A stretch of 64,000 nucleotides of DNA, from the NCBI GenBank assembly GCA_013239625.1, contig MU054032.1, positions 248,001 to 312,000 on the forward strand, written 5' to 3'. How positions within the stretch are numbered: the first letter of the stretch is position 1; each line of letters opens with the position of its first letter. Position numbers and translations under genes: made by a program. This DNA comes from Lama guanicoe. Taxonomy: Eukaryota. Of the stretch, positions 12,401 through 24,038 are shown one piece after another. The notes under the pieces were generated by a model. It was not told the origin of the DNA. It did not search any database and was given only the letters and a program-made list of their open reading frames with translations.

Positions 12401-15196
12401 GCTCGAATCGTGGATAAACTGCTGGCTCTGGGGCTGGTGGCTGAGCGGCGGGAGCTGTACAAGAAACGCCGGAAGAAGTTGGCGCCCTCAGACTTGGTAA
12501 CAGTCTTACCCTGGGTCTGCCAGCTGGGCCCACCCCACTGAAATGATCCTTACAAGTAGCCCCCCCAGTTCTTCCTGCCTCAGGATGCTCTGACCAGGTC
12601 TCCCAAGTGGGCGGTCAGGAACCAGAGGATTCCACCCAGTTCCTCATCTGGTCTCCTTTATTTATTTTACTCTCAATGAAATTTAGCCTCATGAAGAGGA
12701 GTCCCTGAACAATTTTTGCCAGGAAGATCTAGAAGAAGAGGAGAACCTGCCAGAGGAAGAGAGTGAAGAGGATGAAGAGAGGTGGAGGAGCTCAGAAGCA
12801 GAACAAGCCCAGGGTACCTCCAGCCTTTCAGCTCAAAACCTCGGGCAAAGCCTGCATCTGGAAGGTGAGGAGGGAAGTCGGAAAGGTTGGGAGAGACGTC
12901 TCCGGTGGCGGGGCTGGAAGTATGGGCCAGATACAGGTTTCCCTCTTTCCCATAGGCTTTTCTGCTCCCCTCCTGTGGCTCCAGAATTGCCTGATTCGAG
13001 CAGCAGATGATCGGGAGGAGGTTGGTAAGTGGATAAATGACGGTTTCAGGAGGACTGGAGGCTCCTGGAGACCTGGTTGTGAAATGGAGGACCAGTTCTT
13101 TCTTCACAGCTTCACCATGTGATTGTTGACCCCGTCCTAGGCTGCTCCCAGGCAATTCCATTGGTGCCACTGACGGAAGAAAATGAGGAAGCAATGGAAA
13201 ATGAGCAGTTTCAGCAGCTGCTGCGAAAGCTAGGGGTTCGGCCTCCTGCCTCTGGGCAGGTAAATACACCAGTTAGTGCATCAGCCAAGCCCCGCTGGTG
13301 CTACTTCAAGATACACCTCCCACTCCTCCTCCTCATTTCCTGTCGTCTCTGACCGTGACTCCTGTAACAGCCGTCCTGCAAGTCTTCCTCCCTCCTGTCT
13401 TCCACTCTGCCCCCTGAGTTGTCTTTCTAAAATACAGCCTTGATTTTATCACTCTCCCGTCCAGAGCACTTGCTGGTCCCTGACTGTTTGCAGAGCAGAA
13501 TTCACAGCCTCCAAGGGGCGTGCCTGGCCTTGGCCGACCTTTGCAGCCTCACAGCCATGCCACCCGCTCTCCTGCCTTACACTGTAGTCATCCTGGGCTA
13601 ATTTCCATCCTCCAAACAGTAGGCCTTCTCATACCATCAAACAGTTGGCCTTTTCATACTATCAAACAGTTGATCATGCCAGTCCCTCAGCTGGAAGGCT
13701 CCAACTGCAGACACGCGGTGACATGCACGTCACCCGTCTTCCTGATGAACTTGCACCCAGAGTCAGTTCAAGAGTCAGTTCAGTCATCACCTCCTCAGAG
13801 AAGCGGTTTCTATTACTCTTTCAGCCCCTGAAGCAGAAGTACAGTTGCCTCTGGGTTTCCAAGGAGGGGATTGGTTCCAAGACCCACTGCAAATACTGAA
13901 ATTCACTGATGCTCATCTCTTTTATAAAATGACATAATATTTGCATATAACCTATGCATATCATCTGTAGATTATTCATAATGCCTAACACAATGTAAAT
14001 GCTATGTAAATAGCTGCCAGTGTACAGCAAATTCCAGTTTTGCTTTTTGGGACTTTTTGGAATGGTTTTTTGTGAATATTTTTGAACCACTTGGTTGAAT
14101 CCGTGGGTGTGGAACCCATGGATATGGAGGACCGACTGTAGTCACTTTGGTGGCTGGAATTTGTTCATTCCCATAGTATAGCCCCAATCCTGTGGTCTTA
14201 CAGTACATTGGTTCTTTCTCCCATTAGATTGTGAGTTCCTTGGGAGCGAGGATCAAATCCGACTTAGGAGATCCCCAGGGGCCATTATTCATTTACTTAT
14301 ATAATTGAAAACTATATTTACTGGGAACCTCCTGATGTATCAGGCACTGTGCTCAACACTGGGCATATGCTGGAAAAATAAGCAATAAGTAGAGTTCACA
14401 ACCCTTGTGGAGCTTCACCAGTGTAAGCTCATGTTTATTCAGTGAGTAATATCAAAATCTGGTGAACCAGAGGCTGCTCCTTTCCCACCACTCTCATTTT
14501 CAACTTCTTTGCCCCCGTAGGAAACCTTCTGGCGAATTCCAGCCAAGCTGAGTCCCACCCAGCTCCGGAGGGTGGCAGCTTCTTTGAGACAGCCAGAGGA
14601 GGAGGAAATGCTTCAGCCTGGACTAGAACCCAAGGTCCCTGGAGAGCAAGGCCCAGAGGAGGAGCACCAACAGGAGCACCGAGCACAAGCTCTGCGGGCC
14701 CTCCTGTTAGCCCGGAAAAAGAAAGCAGGCCTGGTGTCCCCGGAGGGTAATAGCAGGACCACTCTTGTATTGAGTGCTTACTACGTGCCAGCCGTGTGAA
14801 TCAAGAGGGCTGATAAGAGTATTTTGAGTCTATGAGGACCTAGTTCCCTAATTTTATTCCTCCTGTGGTCATTTCAGAGGAGGGGACTGATGATGGGAAA
14901 GAGCAGCTGAAAGTGGCATCCAGGAAGAGACAACTGCTGGACAGTGATGAGGAACAGGAGGAAGATGAGGACAGGAGCCCAGGTAGAGCGTCTGGTCGGA
15001 CCTGCTTTCTCCTCTACCCTCTAGCACTCCTCTCTCCAGTCCTGAAGATAAATGCTACCATCCCCCTTCTCCCTTAACATGTTTAGGTAACCTCTCTCTT
15101 CTTACCCCTGACATTCCCACAGCACCAGAGTTGGGAGCTCCAGGAATCAAAAAGAAGAAGCGGTTTCAAATTGAGGATGAAGATGAGAGTGACTGA
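3474..15196 (+). CDS. TIMELESS: Protein timeless homolog (replication fork protection complex/circadian), 28 coding exons, about 1206 aa
   Basis: Recognisable peptides from [27 protein letters not shown] to [14 protein letters not shown]. Exons with GT-AG boundaries: 3474-3555, 3713-3866, 3968-4082, 4178-4240, 4499-4600, 4775-4930, 5175-5308, 5505-5592, 5886-6062, 6422-6639, 6887-6990, 7134-7303, 8756-8890, 9005-9156, 9995-10092, 10182-10305, 10412-10613, 10882-11027, 11661-11746, 11831-11948, 12038-12120, 12354-12496, 12687-12864, 12956-13024, 13141-13259, 14521-14746, 14878-14982, 15123-15196. Total 3621 nt, divisible by 3. The first coding exon starts at acceptor 3397; a non-coding exon 1 was not located in the window. 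Confidence 0.96.
9622..9731 (+). mobile_element. tRNA-derived SINE (Vic-1-like) with 16-bp TSD
   Basis: GGGGAGGATATAGCTCAAGTGGTAGAG...GGTTCAATCC. TSD TGAAACACCATyGTGT at 9606-9621 and 9732-9747. Confidence 0.88.
13842..14138 (+). mobile_element. MER2-like Tigger DNA transposon fossil
   Basis: CAGT...ACTG termini flanked by TA duplications (13840-41 and 14139-40); internal GGGGATTGGTTCC...GGTTGAATCC motifs typical of MER2. Confidence 0.8.
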
Positions 15197-15773
15197 GGAG
15201 CCAGGAGCCTGGGGGAAGAGATAGATCTGTTTTCGGGTGGTGAATTTAAATCTGAGTTTGGAGGGTGGTACAGGATCCAGAAATTCCTCTTACTGGACAG
15301 AAACAGTGGAGTCCTGGGCTTGCCTATCGATTTACAGTCCAAGAAGTTCAGGCAACAGTGCTGGCTTCCTGTATAGTCACTTCTTCTTCTCCCAGTTTTA
15401 TCAGTGGGCCTCAAGAGTTCTCTGGAGACTTACTCCTCTTCTCATTTCTTTGAGTTAATAGCACCCCTTAGCAAATGAGAGGAGTGAGTGAAATATAGAA
15501 GGCACCTTGGACCCCTCTTACCAGTCTGTTCCTTGTGGCTTTCAGCTGGAGGTGGGTCACAGCACCAAATGGGGAGTTCTGTGACATGACGGATGAGGTG
15601 TAGGACCATCTTTGAAGGGCACCAGATGCTCCCATCCTCATTTTCTTTCCTGTGATCACCCTCTAGACACCAGATTGAGCCCAGTTCCTGCATTTGAAGT
15701 AGAATTGGGATGCATTACTCTCCAGATGATGAGTGTGTTTGGTTTATATTTGGTATTGATTTAAACATGTAAA

Positions 15774-15779
15774 ATTAAA
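15774..15779 (+). terminator. Candidate TIMELESS polyadenylation signal ATTAAA
   Basis: ATTAAA about 580 nt after the stop codon, preceded by U-rich and TGTA sequence. Confidence 0.5.
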
Positions 15780-15984
15780 AGTTGCCCATGTTGATCCGAC
15801 TTGCCAATCTGTCTAAGTACCCCAGCTCTCCACCCGTTACGTTCATGGAAGAACTTTTAACTACTAGGGTTAAAAGAGACTTAACCAGCCTTCCCTTTTC
15901 TCCCACTTCCCTATAGAAGACACAGAAAAACATTTTCACCTCAAGATCCTCTGTCTAGGATAAATCTTTAGTGACAAGAGCATG

Positions 15985-16838
15985 CATGAGAACAGGCACA
16001 TGAAAAGAAGCTCAATATTAATCATAGAGAATCACAAATCAAAACCATAATGATGGATCACCTGACACCTGTCAGAACGGCTATCATTAAAAAGACCACA
16101 AATAACAAACGTTAGCAAGGATGTGGAGAAAAGGGAACCCTTGTACACTGTTGGTAGGAATGTAAATTGGTGCAGCCATGTGGAAAACAGTATGAAAGTC
16201 CTCAAAAAAACTAAAAATAGAACTATCATGACTCAGCAATTCCAGGCTTGGGTATACATCTGAGAAAAATGAAAACACTAATTCTAAAAGATACATGCAC
16301 CCCTGTGTTCATAGCACCACTATTCATGATTGCCAACATAAGCAATTCGTGTCCATCAACAGATGGATGAATAAAGAAGACTCACACATGTACACACAAT
16401 GGAATACTACTCAGCCATAAAAAAGAATAAAATTGCCATTTGCAGCAACATGGAACGGCTTGGAGGGTATTATGCTTAGTGAAGTAAGTCAGAGAAAGAT
16501 AAAGCCTGTATGATATCACTTATATGTGGAATCTAAAAAATAAGCTACTGAATAATGAAAAAGAGACCGACTCATAGATAACGAGAACAAACCAGTGGCA
16601 TTACAGTGGGAAGGGGTGAGGGGCAAAATAGGGGTAGGGAAGTAAGAGGTACAAACTGTGTATAAAATAGTTAAGCTAAATGATACATTGTACAGCACAG
16701 AATATAGCCCAATATTTTATAACTATAGATGGAGTATAACCTTTAAACATTATGAGTCACTATGTTGTATACCTGAGACTTACATTATATTGTACATCAA
16801 CTATACCTCCAAAAAACGAAAAGAAAAGAGAAAAAAGC
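15985..16838 (+). mobile_element. 5'-truncated L1 (ORF2 C-terminus and 3' UTR)
   Basis: L1-typical motifs GATGTGGAGAAAAGGGAACCC, TGTCCATCAACAGATG and GGAATACTACTCAGCCATAAAAAAGAA; A-rich tail at 16811-16837. Confidence 0.9.
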
Positions 16839-16839
16839 A

Positions 16840-17180
16840 TATGCATCAGGAAGAAGCAGGAGCAACAAGAGAGAAAAAGCCAGTTTGTCAGCACAGAGGT
16901 AGACAAAGTCCGGGTAAGAAAGATGTGAGTAAACCTTGCAAATCTCTTGTCTTTCCTTGTTCTTGGAAGCCATCAGTTCTCTGGCTCCCTTGTGTTTCCA
17001 GCTGAGGTAGGGTGAAGGTAGGATTGTGAAGAAAGCCATTCAGATTAGGGAGAGCCCCCTCAGTAAACGATGTGTTTCAACTGCCTTGTTTCTCTGACTT
17101 GTTTTTTTCCCTTCCATAACCTCTAAAGATAGAGGTGAAGCTAAGTCTAGGGTAACTGCAGTTTTCAAGGGCTAAGACAC
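16840..17180 (+). pseudogene. Relic of the APON promoter/exon 1/intron region (cassette copy 0, coding exon deleted)
   Basis: Colinear similarity to 32480-32845 and 19110-19440, e.g. GACAAAGTC.GG, TTGCAAAT.....GTC.TT, terminal CAAGGGCTAAGACAC identical to 19426-19440. Confidence 0.7.
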
Positions 17181-17405
17181 ATTTTGCCAGTTAGAGTAAA
17201 GTGTATAAACCTTGCCTCTCCAGGTGTCTTTACCTTCTCCCATTCATACTATAATTATCTTGAATATTTCCTCTCTATATGTTGAGAACCATATAAGGCA
17301 ATGTTGTAATATTTTATTTCAATTTCCTAACATAATTTAGAAAACTCATGAGGAGACAGATGGTATATAATTATCTGTATTTTTTACCCTTTCGGTTGCT
17401 TTTTA
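17181..17405. mobile_element. Old L1-like fragment at the junction between cassette copies
   Basis: AT-rich segment with TTAGAAAACTCATGAGGAGA, resembling old L1M sequence. Weak assignment. Confidence 0.4.
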
Positions 17406-17409
17406 TGGG

Positions 17410-19090
17410 ATCCAGACAAGCTGAACCCCCAAGAAGGTTGGATGCTTCTTTCAGCCACTCAGAAGAGGAAAGCTTCAGCCAGTGCTGGAACCTGACGTCT
17501 CTGGAGAGCCAGGGCCTGGGGAGGAGTGCTGAGCACAAGCCCTGAGGGCCCTCCTGTTAGCCACAAAAGGGAGCAGGCCTGGTGTCCCAAGGGGATGATA
17601 GCAGGAAGCACGTGTGTTGAGGACTTACAGTGTACCAGCCGTGCTGGTTGAGGGGGCTGACAGTGTTACTTTGATGCCTCCTATTTCAGTGGGAGATCAA
17701 GCTGATGGGGACTGGCAACTAAAAACGGCACCCAAGATTTTTAAGGCAGTGAAAGTATTCTGTATGATACTGTAAAGGTAGATTATACATTATACATTTG
17801 GTAAAATCCATAGAACTATGCAATGCAAAGAGCTGAACCCTAATGCAAGCTTTGGACTTAGGTGATAACAATGAATAATACATAATAATATAAAATAAAT
17901 AAAAATTTAATATAATAATCAAATGTAACAAAGGTACCATACCAGTGGAAGATGTTAATGGGAAACTGAGGGGTTGGGAGAGAGGATACTGCTGGGGGGC
18001 GGGGGGTGTCTATACTTTCTGCTCAATTTTTCTATAAACTTAAAACTAGTCTAAAATATAAACTCTTAATTAAAACAAGAAACTCATTACCCAAGAAGTG
18101 ACAACTAATGGGAATTGATGAGGAACAAGTAGATGAAGACAAGAGTAAAGGTAGAAAGTCTGATTGCGAGGACTTGCCCCTGTCTTCACCCCTCTGTCAT
18201 TTCTCTCCGTCCTGGAGACGAACGTACCACCACTTTCGAGCCTCCTGCCATATTGACACAGTCTCTCCTGTCATTCCCAAGGCACCAGAGTTGGAAAGTT
18301 AAGGAATTTCAACGGAAAGTCATATTTATATTGAAGATGAGAGTGACGCCGACTGAGGAACTGGAAGTGGAGACAGGACCAGTTATGGATGGTGAAGTCA
18401 AGTCAGAAATGGAAGAATCTGACAGGATCCAAAACTTCCCCAAGCTGGACAGAAGCAGTAGACGTTCCCCATGCACGGGGTTGGATATCTCTATATCCAG
18501 TTCCCCCAACTTTAGGAGTGTGTCCCCAGTAGCTCTCTGAAGACTTACTTCTCTTATTCTTGGAACTGATTTCTTCTTGCTTGTTAAGGGCCCCTCCTGG
18601 AACTGAGAGGAGTGAGTAAGAGAGGAAGAGGAACCCAGGACCACCTCTTGTCCAGCTCCCTTTGGCAGTCGGCCAGTCGGCCAGGGAAGAAGCTCTGTGG
18701 CACAATGATGTGTGGACTTTTGTACCAGTTTTAGGAGGCACCATAAACGATTGTTCGTTATTGTCCAGACTGCAGTTTCTCACCTAGAATCCTGGATGAG
18801 AAAAGAAGTCAATCCCTATAGTTTTGACACAGGCTTAGAAAGAGGTAATATCATGTATTTAATTAGGGTATTTCACTGTAATTAAGAATGTCAGAACTGA
18901 AAAGTTGCTCTGGTTTGATCTGACTTTCTGGTAGGTTCTATCATCCCATTGCTCTACCTGTTAAATTCATTGAATAAGAATTATTTTGGGGTCTTTTACC
19001 TAGAAATCATTGGCACCCCTGTCTTTGATGTCCCTGCTTCCCCAGAAGATGCAGAGGAATTTTTCCTGATCTAAGTTTGGGTCTAGAGAA
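17410..19090 (+). pseudogene. Unprocessed partial duplicate of the last three TIMELESS exons, their introns and the 3' UTR
   Basis: GAGCACAAGCCCTGAGGGCCCTCCTGTTAGCC...GCAGGCCTGGTGTCCC matches 14681-14740. ATTCCCAAGGCACCAGAGTTGG...GAAGATGAGAGTGAC matches 15113-15193. Introns are retained; stops and indels are present. Confidence 0.88.
17738..18088 (+). mobile_element. L1MC-like 3' end inserted into the duplicated TIMELESS exon
   Basis: GGCAGTGAAAGTATTCTGTATGATACTG...GAACCCTAATG...ACTTTCTGCTCAATTTT. 8-bp direct repeat ACCCAAGA at 17730-17737 and 18089-18096. Confidence 0.8.
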
Positions 19091-19543
19091 GTCCTTAGGG
19101 TGGGGGGAATATGGGGCGGGAAAAGCAGTAGCCACAAAGGGAGCAGGCCTGATTGTTGGCATGGGGGCAAAGGTGAGGGCAAAGCCTGAACCAAGAAGAG
19201 GTGGATAAATATTTGTAAATGTTATGTCCTTCACTGTTTTCAGAGGGGTCAACTTTTTTGGCTGGGATAAAGAGAAGATCAGATCTAGAAAGCAGTGATT
19301 CAGATCACAGAGGCACCGAGGCAAAGGACGTGTTCAGACCTCTTTCCTCTGTCCTGTTTCTTCCCGGAGTAGGTGAGTATCACCCACAGCCTATAAGGTC
19401 TGATGTCCGGGGTGATTAAAGTTCCCAAGGGCTAAGACACTTCCTAGCTCTGACCAGTCTTGGTGTCTCTTCATCCCAGGCCTCTCCCCGCTTCCCAGCC
19501 TGAGCACTGCTTCTTTCCAGCGGGGCTGTTCTGCTGACCCACC

Positions 19544-20308
19544 ATGGCCCAGGCTGTGCTGCTCCTTTGCTGTGTTTTCCTGTCTCTGGTGGCTGCCTTT
19601 CCAAGAAATGGCCAGAAAGGAGCCTTGAACTTCCAGCTGTCTTTCACAGAAACTGGGCATGCTCTGAACAGGCTCTCCAACCAGATCCCTCTCCCAGATC
19701 CCAAGACCTGCCAGGATCTTTTGGGCATGGCCTCCTCCTTAGCCCCTCTGCCTGAGTACCTATCCAGCTTAGCTCTGGAGGTGGTCCTGGAGGAGGTTGG
19801 CTGCCCAACTGAGGCCCACCTTCTGCAGCTTCAGCTTGTTAAGATGGGAGGAAAGGACACCACTGAAACCCTCATCCGTGAGAGTAAAAAGCACGATGAG
19901 GAGGAAGGGACTGGCATTACTACGGTCATTCTGAGGGATCAGGGAGGACCCCCAGGGGAGCTGAGGCGGCTCCAGCGCTCAGTTACCCTTCCTGAGGCAT
20001 GCAGGCTTGAACATAGGTGGGTGCTCTATGAGACAGCAAAACTGATAGCTGAATTTGCTGACAAGCTTTCTTCTACTGAGCTGGTAACAGAACTAAAGGC
20101 TTCTGCCATTAATGTCACCCAGAAGTGCACGGATGAGTCTTGGAAGCATTTGGAAGCAGTAGGCAAACGGCTGATGAAAAGCCCTGAGGCTAAGGGCCTC
20201 ACGATGCCTATAGAAGATCAGATATACTTTGCCAAGCGTACCATAACCCTTCTGCTGCACATTATACTGGAACATATACAGGAAGCTTTTACAGGCTTCA
20301 TAGGATAA
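19544..20308 (+). CDS. APON: Apolipoprotein N (ApoF-family paralog), 254 aa, single coding exon
   Basis: Kozak ACCATGG; signal peptide MAQAVLLLCCVFLSLVAA; ApoF-like propeptide (APLPEYLSSLALEVVLEEVGCPTEAHLLQLQL); RRLQR/S convertase motif; position between TIMELESS and APOF. Probable 5'-UTR intron 19373-19479; ATTAAA at 20656. Confidence 0.85.
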   Translation: MAQAVLLLCCVFLSLVAAFPRNGQKGALNFQLSFTETGHALNRLSNQIPLPDPKTCQDLLGMASSLAPLPEYLSSLALEVVLEEVGCPTEAHLLQLQLVKMGGKDTTETLIRESKKHDEEEGTGITTVILRDQGGPPGELRRLQRSVTLPEACRLEHRWVLYETAKLIAEFADKLSSTELVTELKASAINVTQKCTDESWKHLEAVGKRLMKSPEAKGLTMPIEDQIYFAKRTITLLLHIILEHIQEAFTGFIG

Positions 20309-20699
20309 GGAGAGCCTGTGAGGCATCATATTTCCTTTCTCAAATGTCTCCGATAGGACTGTACCCAAGGACTGAGCACAACAAGTCGTTAGAAATGGAC
20401 AGAAGTATGCTATTCTTTTGATCCTAGAGCTAAAAGACATGTGACCGGAGCCAGCTTTGTCCCCTCTCTTAGCAAGTCCTAGCCCCTATTTTTTCGCCTA
20501 ATTTCTCTCTCTTTCAGTTGTCGAATACTGTGGATTTATTATGTACTAGACGTGAAGGATATTGTGACCTTTCCCCATTCATGTGCCATTCACTTTCTAA
20601 TTGCCCAACTGGATACTGTAATTTGCTTAAGTTAATTTTTAAACTGAAAAGAGAAATTAAAAGTTGCTTCTATATCAGAATCACAGTTACTTGATCTCT

Positions 20700-22345
20700 C
20701 TTAACTCCGGGTCGCCATGGCTTCTTTTGTGAACTAGCGATAGAATGTGGCAGGGACATGTTGGAAATACCAAGGTCTTTTGGGGCTGAGTGTGTGACAA
20801 GGGGACAAGGTTCAGTCAGTACAAATGGACAAACATTTGTAGGAGTCATGCCCTTGCTGATCACTGGGGAAAGCAACCATCTTCCCTCCTCATGGGACAG
20901 AGAGCTGGGCAGAGTGGGTCTAGACCTACTAGAGCAGTCTCACTTCTCACTGACTGGATTTTGTGGTAATTTGGGGCCCCATAACTGCATGAAATGAGGT
21001 CCATGTGAAGCAGAGGAAGTCCCTGGTGATCTGGATGGGGAGACCAAGAAGAGAAATAAGGTCCCATTCCTCATTCCAGGCCCCAAACTTAAAACAAAGA
21101 GAGGCTGGGGGTTGTTGGGTAAGATGTCCTCTGACTGAACCCTGGGCTCCTTCAGACCACAGCCCAAGGGAAACAGTTTAAGTGTTGTCTTCCAGTCTAG
21201 CGTAGTCCGATCCAGCTAGGCTTCACCGAGACCCATCATGACCTGCTCCTTTACTGCCTCCTGCTGTACCTTGTGGTTGTCTCTTCATGTGGCACCCAGA
21301 AAAAGACCTTGGTGCCTTTTCCCTCCTCTCTGGGGATCTGGCCACCCTCTGCAGGCTCTTGGTTTTGCCAGATTCTGCTCCCAAAGCCCTTGCCTGGCCT
21401 CACCCACTTTGTCCTCCACCAAGCACGTCTCTGGAGCAGGCTGATCACCAGCCTGATTCCTAGACCCTGAAGCTTCATCTTTACAGCCAGAGAATATGAA
21501 AGCAGTACCAGGTGCCACACGGACAGCAGCACAGAGATGGGCTTCGCAGGGGATTCTCTGGTCTCTGTTCTGCAGCTAGTAGGCAGGGAACCTGCCTAAT
21601 ACAGGGATACAGGGAAAGAAAGATATGCCTTCTCTACCCTAGAATGTTAGTATGAGCAAGAGCAGTGTGGTCCAGCTGTTGCCAGCAGTGGGAATGTGCT
21701 GCAAAGTCAGGCACAGCTTTGTACTCTGCTGCTTTTTTTTTTAACATTTTTTATTGATTTATAATCATTTTACAATGTTGTGTCGAATTCCAGTGTTCAG
21801 CACAATTTTTCAGTCATACATGTACATATACACACTCATTGTCACATTTTTTTCTCTTTGAGCTACCATAACATTTTGTGTATGTTTCCCTGTGCTATAC
21901 AGTATAATCTTGTTTATCTTTTCTACAATTTTGAAATCCCAGTCTATCCCTTCCCACCCAGTACTCTGCTGCTTAGAACTACTTTAGTAGACTAAGGAGT
22001 GAGGCTGAGATGGGGCCATAGACCTGAGCTGCAGCCTTCTGATGATCACGCTAAGGTTGTCTGGGGCCCAGGGGTTACTGGTGAGTTCTGTGCTTAAACC
22101 TGCAGTGAAGGCTGGGGTTCAGCAGCTGATCCAGTATTACTATGAGAAAGAGGCAAATACCCCTCTGTCAGAGACTGAGGAGGAGGGGTTGGGAGGCACC
22201 ACAGATGTTAATTGCCCAGGGGTGACAGACAACAACCATGACATCAGAGGACAAGGGTCCTGAAGAAGTGAACTCAGCTCCTACTCATTGTGGGCCTTAT
22301 TCAAGGACACTGTTCCTAGGAATCTTACACTTTGTATAAATAAAG
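20700..22345 (+). pseudogene. APOF pseudogene (promoter, exon 1, intron, exon 2)
   Basis: Colinear with 34130-35600: shared CTGGGCTCCTT.CAGACCACAGCCC intron motif, LLPKPLPGLTH, and LKPAVKAGVQQLIQYYYEKEANTP. Has frameshifts, an in-frame TAG and an L1 insertion. Confidence 0.9.
21735..21960 (-). mobile_element. Young 5'-truncated L1 3' end inside the APOF pseudogene
   Basis: Poly-T at the left end, L1 3'-UTR motifs, perfect 14-bp TSD GTACTCTGCTGCTT at 21721-21734 and 21961-21974. Confidence 0.88.
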
Positions 22346-22834
22346 GGGTTACACACAGAAGAAATTAAAGTGAATTAAAAATTATCACCAACTCCTTTGT
22401 CCTAATCCTCAGATATGGAATGAAATATTCAACTATGAGTATGTCACTCTGTCATTATCCATGCTAGTGAGGAGAACCCTCTTACCTCAAAAAAAAAGTT
22501 TTCCTTCATAATAAAATTGTGTGACTCCTTAAATCACATATATGCTTTCTTTATTCTATTAGGTTCTGTGTACTGTAATAAGTCTAGGTTTCCCAAACAA
22601 AGATCCGATGGCCCCAGCAGCAAGAATGCTGCATAGCCCAAGAGATCTTTCTTCGATGTGCTAATCCATGCATTGAAAATCAGAGGTGACATAAATCTTA
22701 ACAGTCTTCGCTGAAATTCCAGGTGGTTTGAATGAGGATGATCCTCTGATTAAGGAAGGGAAGAGGGACCTGGGGGTGAATTAAAGCCAATTACAACCTT
22801 AGGAGTTTTATGACTTCTTGCACAATTTCTAGAC

Positions 22835-22975
22835 CACAGCTATCCAACAGAACTTTGAAGGATGATGGAAATGTTCTGTATCTGTGCTGTCCAGTATGGT
22901 GGATGCAAGCCCCATATGTCCATTGGGCACCTGAAATGTCAGTAGTGCGACTGAAAAACTGAATCTGTTTCTTTC
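22835..22975. mobile_element. MER3-like hAT DNA transposon fragment
   Basis: TCCAACAGAACTTT..GATGATGGAAATGTTCTGTATCTGTGCTGTCCA.TATGGT.G motif. Confidence 0.7.
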
Positions 22976-23035
22976 CATGTTTTAAGTTATTATTCATAGT
23001 TTTAATTCTTGGTATTACAGGACAAGGTCTCTAGG

Positions 23036-23415
23036 TGTTACAGACTGAATTGTATCCCCCTCAAAATTCATACGTTGAAACCCTACCCCACAGTGTGACT
23101 ACATTTGGGGAGGGGGCCTTTAAAGAGGTAGTTAAGGTTAAATGAGATCATAAGAGTGGGACCGTAATCCAATGGGACTGGTGTCATAAGAAGTGGAAGA
23201 GACAGCAGGAATGCATACACGCAGAGGAAAGGCCATGTGAAGGCACAGCCAGAAGGCAGCCATCTGCAAGCCAAGGAGAGATATCTCAGGACTAACTAAA
23301 CCTGCCAATTCTGTGATCTTGGACTTCTAGCCTCCAGACAGTGAGAAATAAATTCCTTTTGTTTAAACCACTCAGTCTATGGTATTTTGTTATGGAGTTC
23401 TCACAGACTGACACA
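23036..23415 (+). mobile_element. MLT1-type MaLR solo LTR
   Basis: TGTTAC...AAATTCATACGTTGAAA...CATCTGCAAGCCAAGGAGAG...GTGAGAAATAAATT...CTATGGTATTTTGTTATGG...ACA. Confidence 0.85.
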
Positions 23416-23539
23416 TTAAGTATGGATCTTTTTTCAACTATTTTCTGGTATCCTGTGAGTCCACTCAATCCGAAAAATTTTTCTTCTTCATTCCCCTCCT
23501 CCAAAAAGAACCTCTTATAACTGAAGAAAATAATTTTCT

Positions 23540-23790
23540 CACTTCTCTTTTTTTAGTTTAGTTTTTTTAAATTGTGGTAAAAAACACATAACATAAAATT
23601 TACCATCTTAACCATTTCTAAGTGTACAGTTCAGTTGTATTAGCTATTCACATTGTTGTGCAGCCCGTTTCCAGAACCTTTTCATCGTATAAAATTGCAA
23701 ATCTACCCATTAAACAACAACTCCCCTTTTCTACCACCCCTCAGCCCCAGCAACCACCCTTCTACTTTCTGTGAATTTGACTACTCTAGA
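23540..23790 (-). mobile_element. L1 3'-end fragment
   Basis: AACATAAAATTTACCATCTTAACCATTT...AAGTGTACAGTTCAGT...TTCACATTGTTGTGCA. Confidence 0.75.
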
Positions 23791-23799
23791 TCTTTTCCT

Positions 23800-24006
23800 C
23801 CTCATTGCAATGTCCTTGTCATCTTTTCTAAAACATACCTCAGCGGCCTCAGGGCCATGCCACCCACACACCTAATTTACACTGGAGTCATCCTCATCTT
23901 GGGCTACTTTCCCTTCTCCAAAAGCAGGCTTTTTTCATGTTTCTAAATTGCTGGTTATGCCAGTCCCTCTACTGGAAGGTTCCAATCACACACATACACA
24001 GACACA

Positions 24007-24038
<32 letters not shown>

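Noticed and set aside
12673..13269. 198-aa minus-strand ORF
   Set aside because: Antisense shadow of GC-rich TIMELESS exons with no recognisable domain.
18133..18783. ORFs of 111-135 aa on both strands
   Set aside because: Chance frames across the decayed TIMELESS duplicate.
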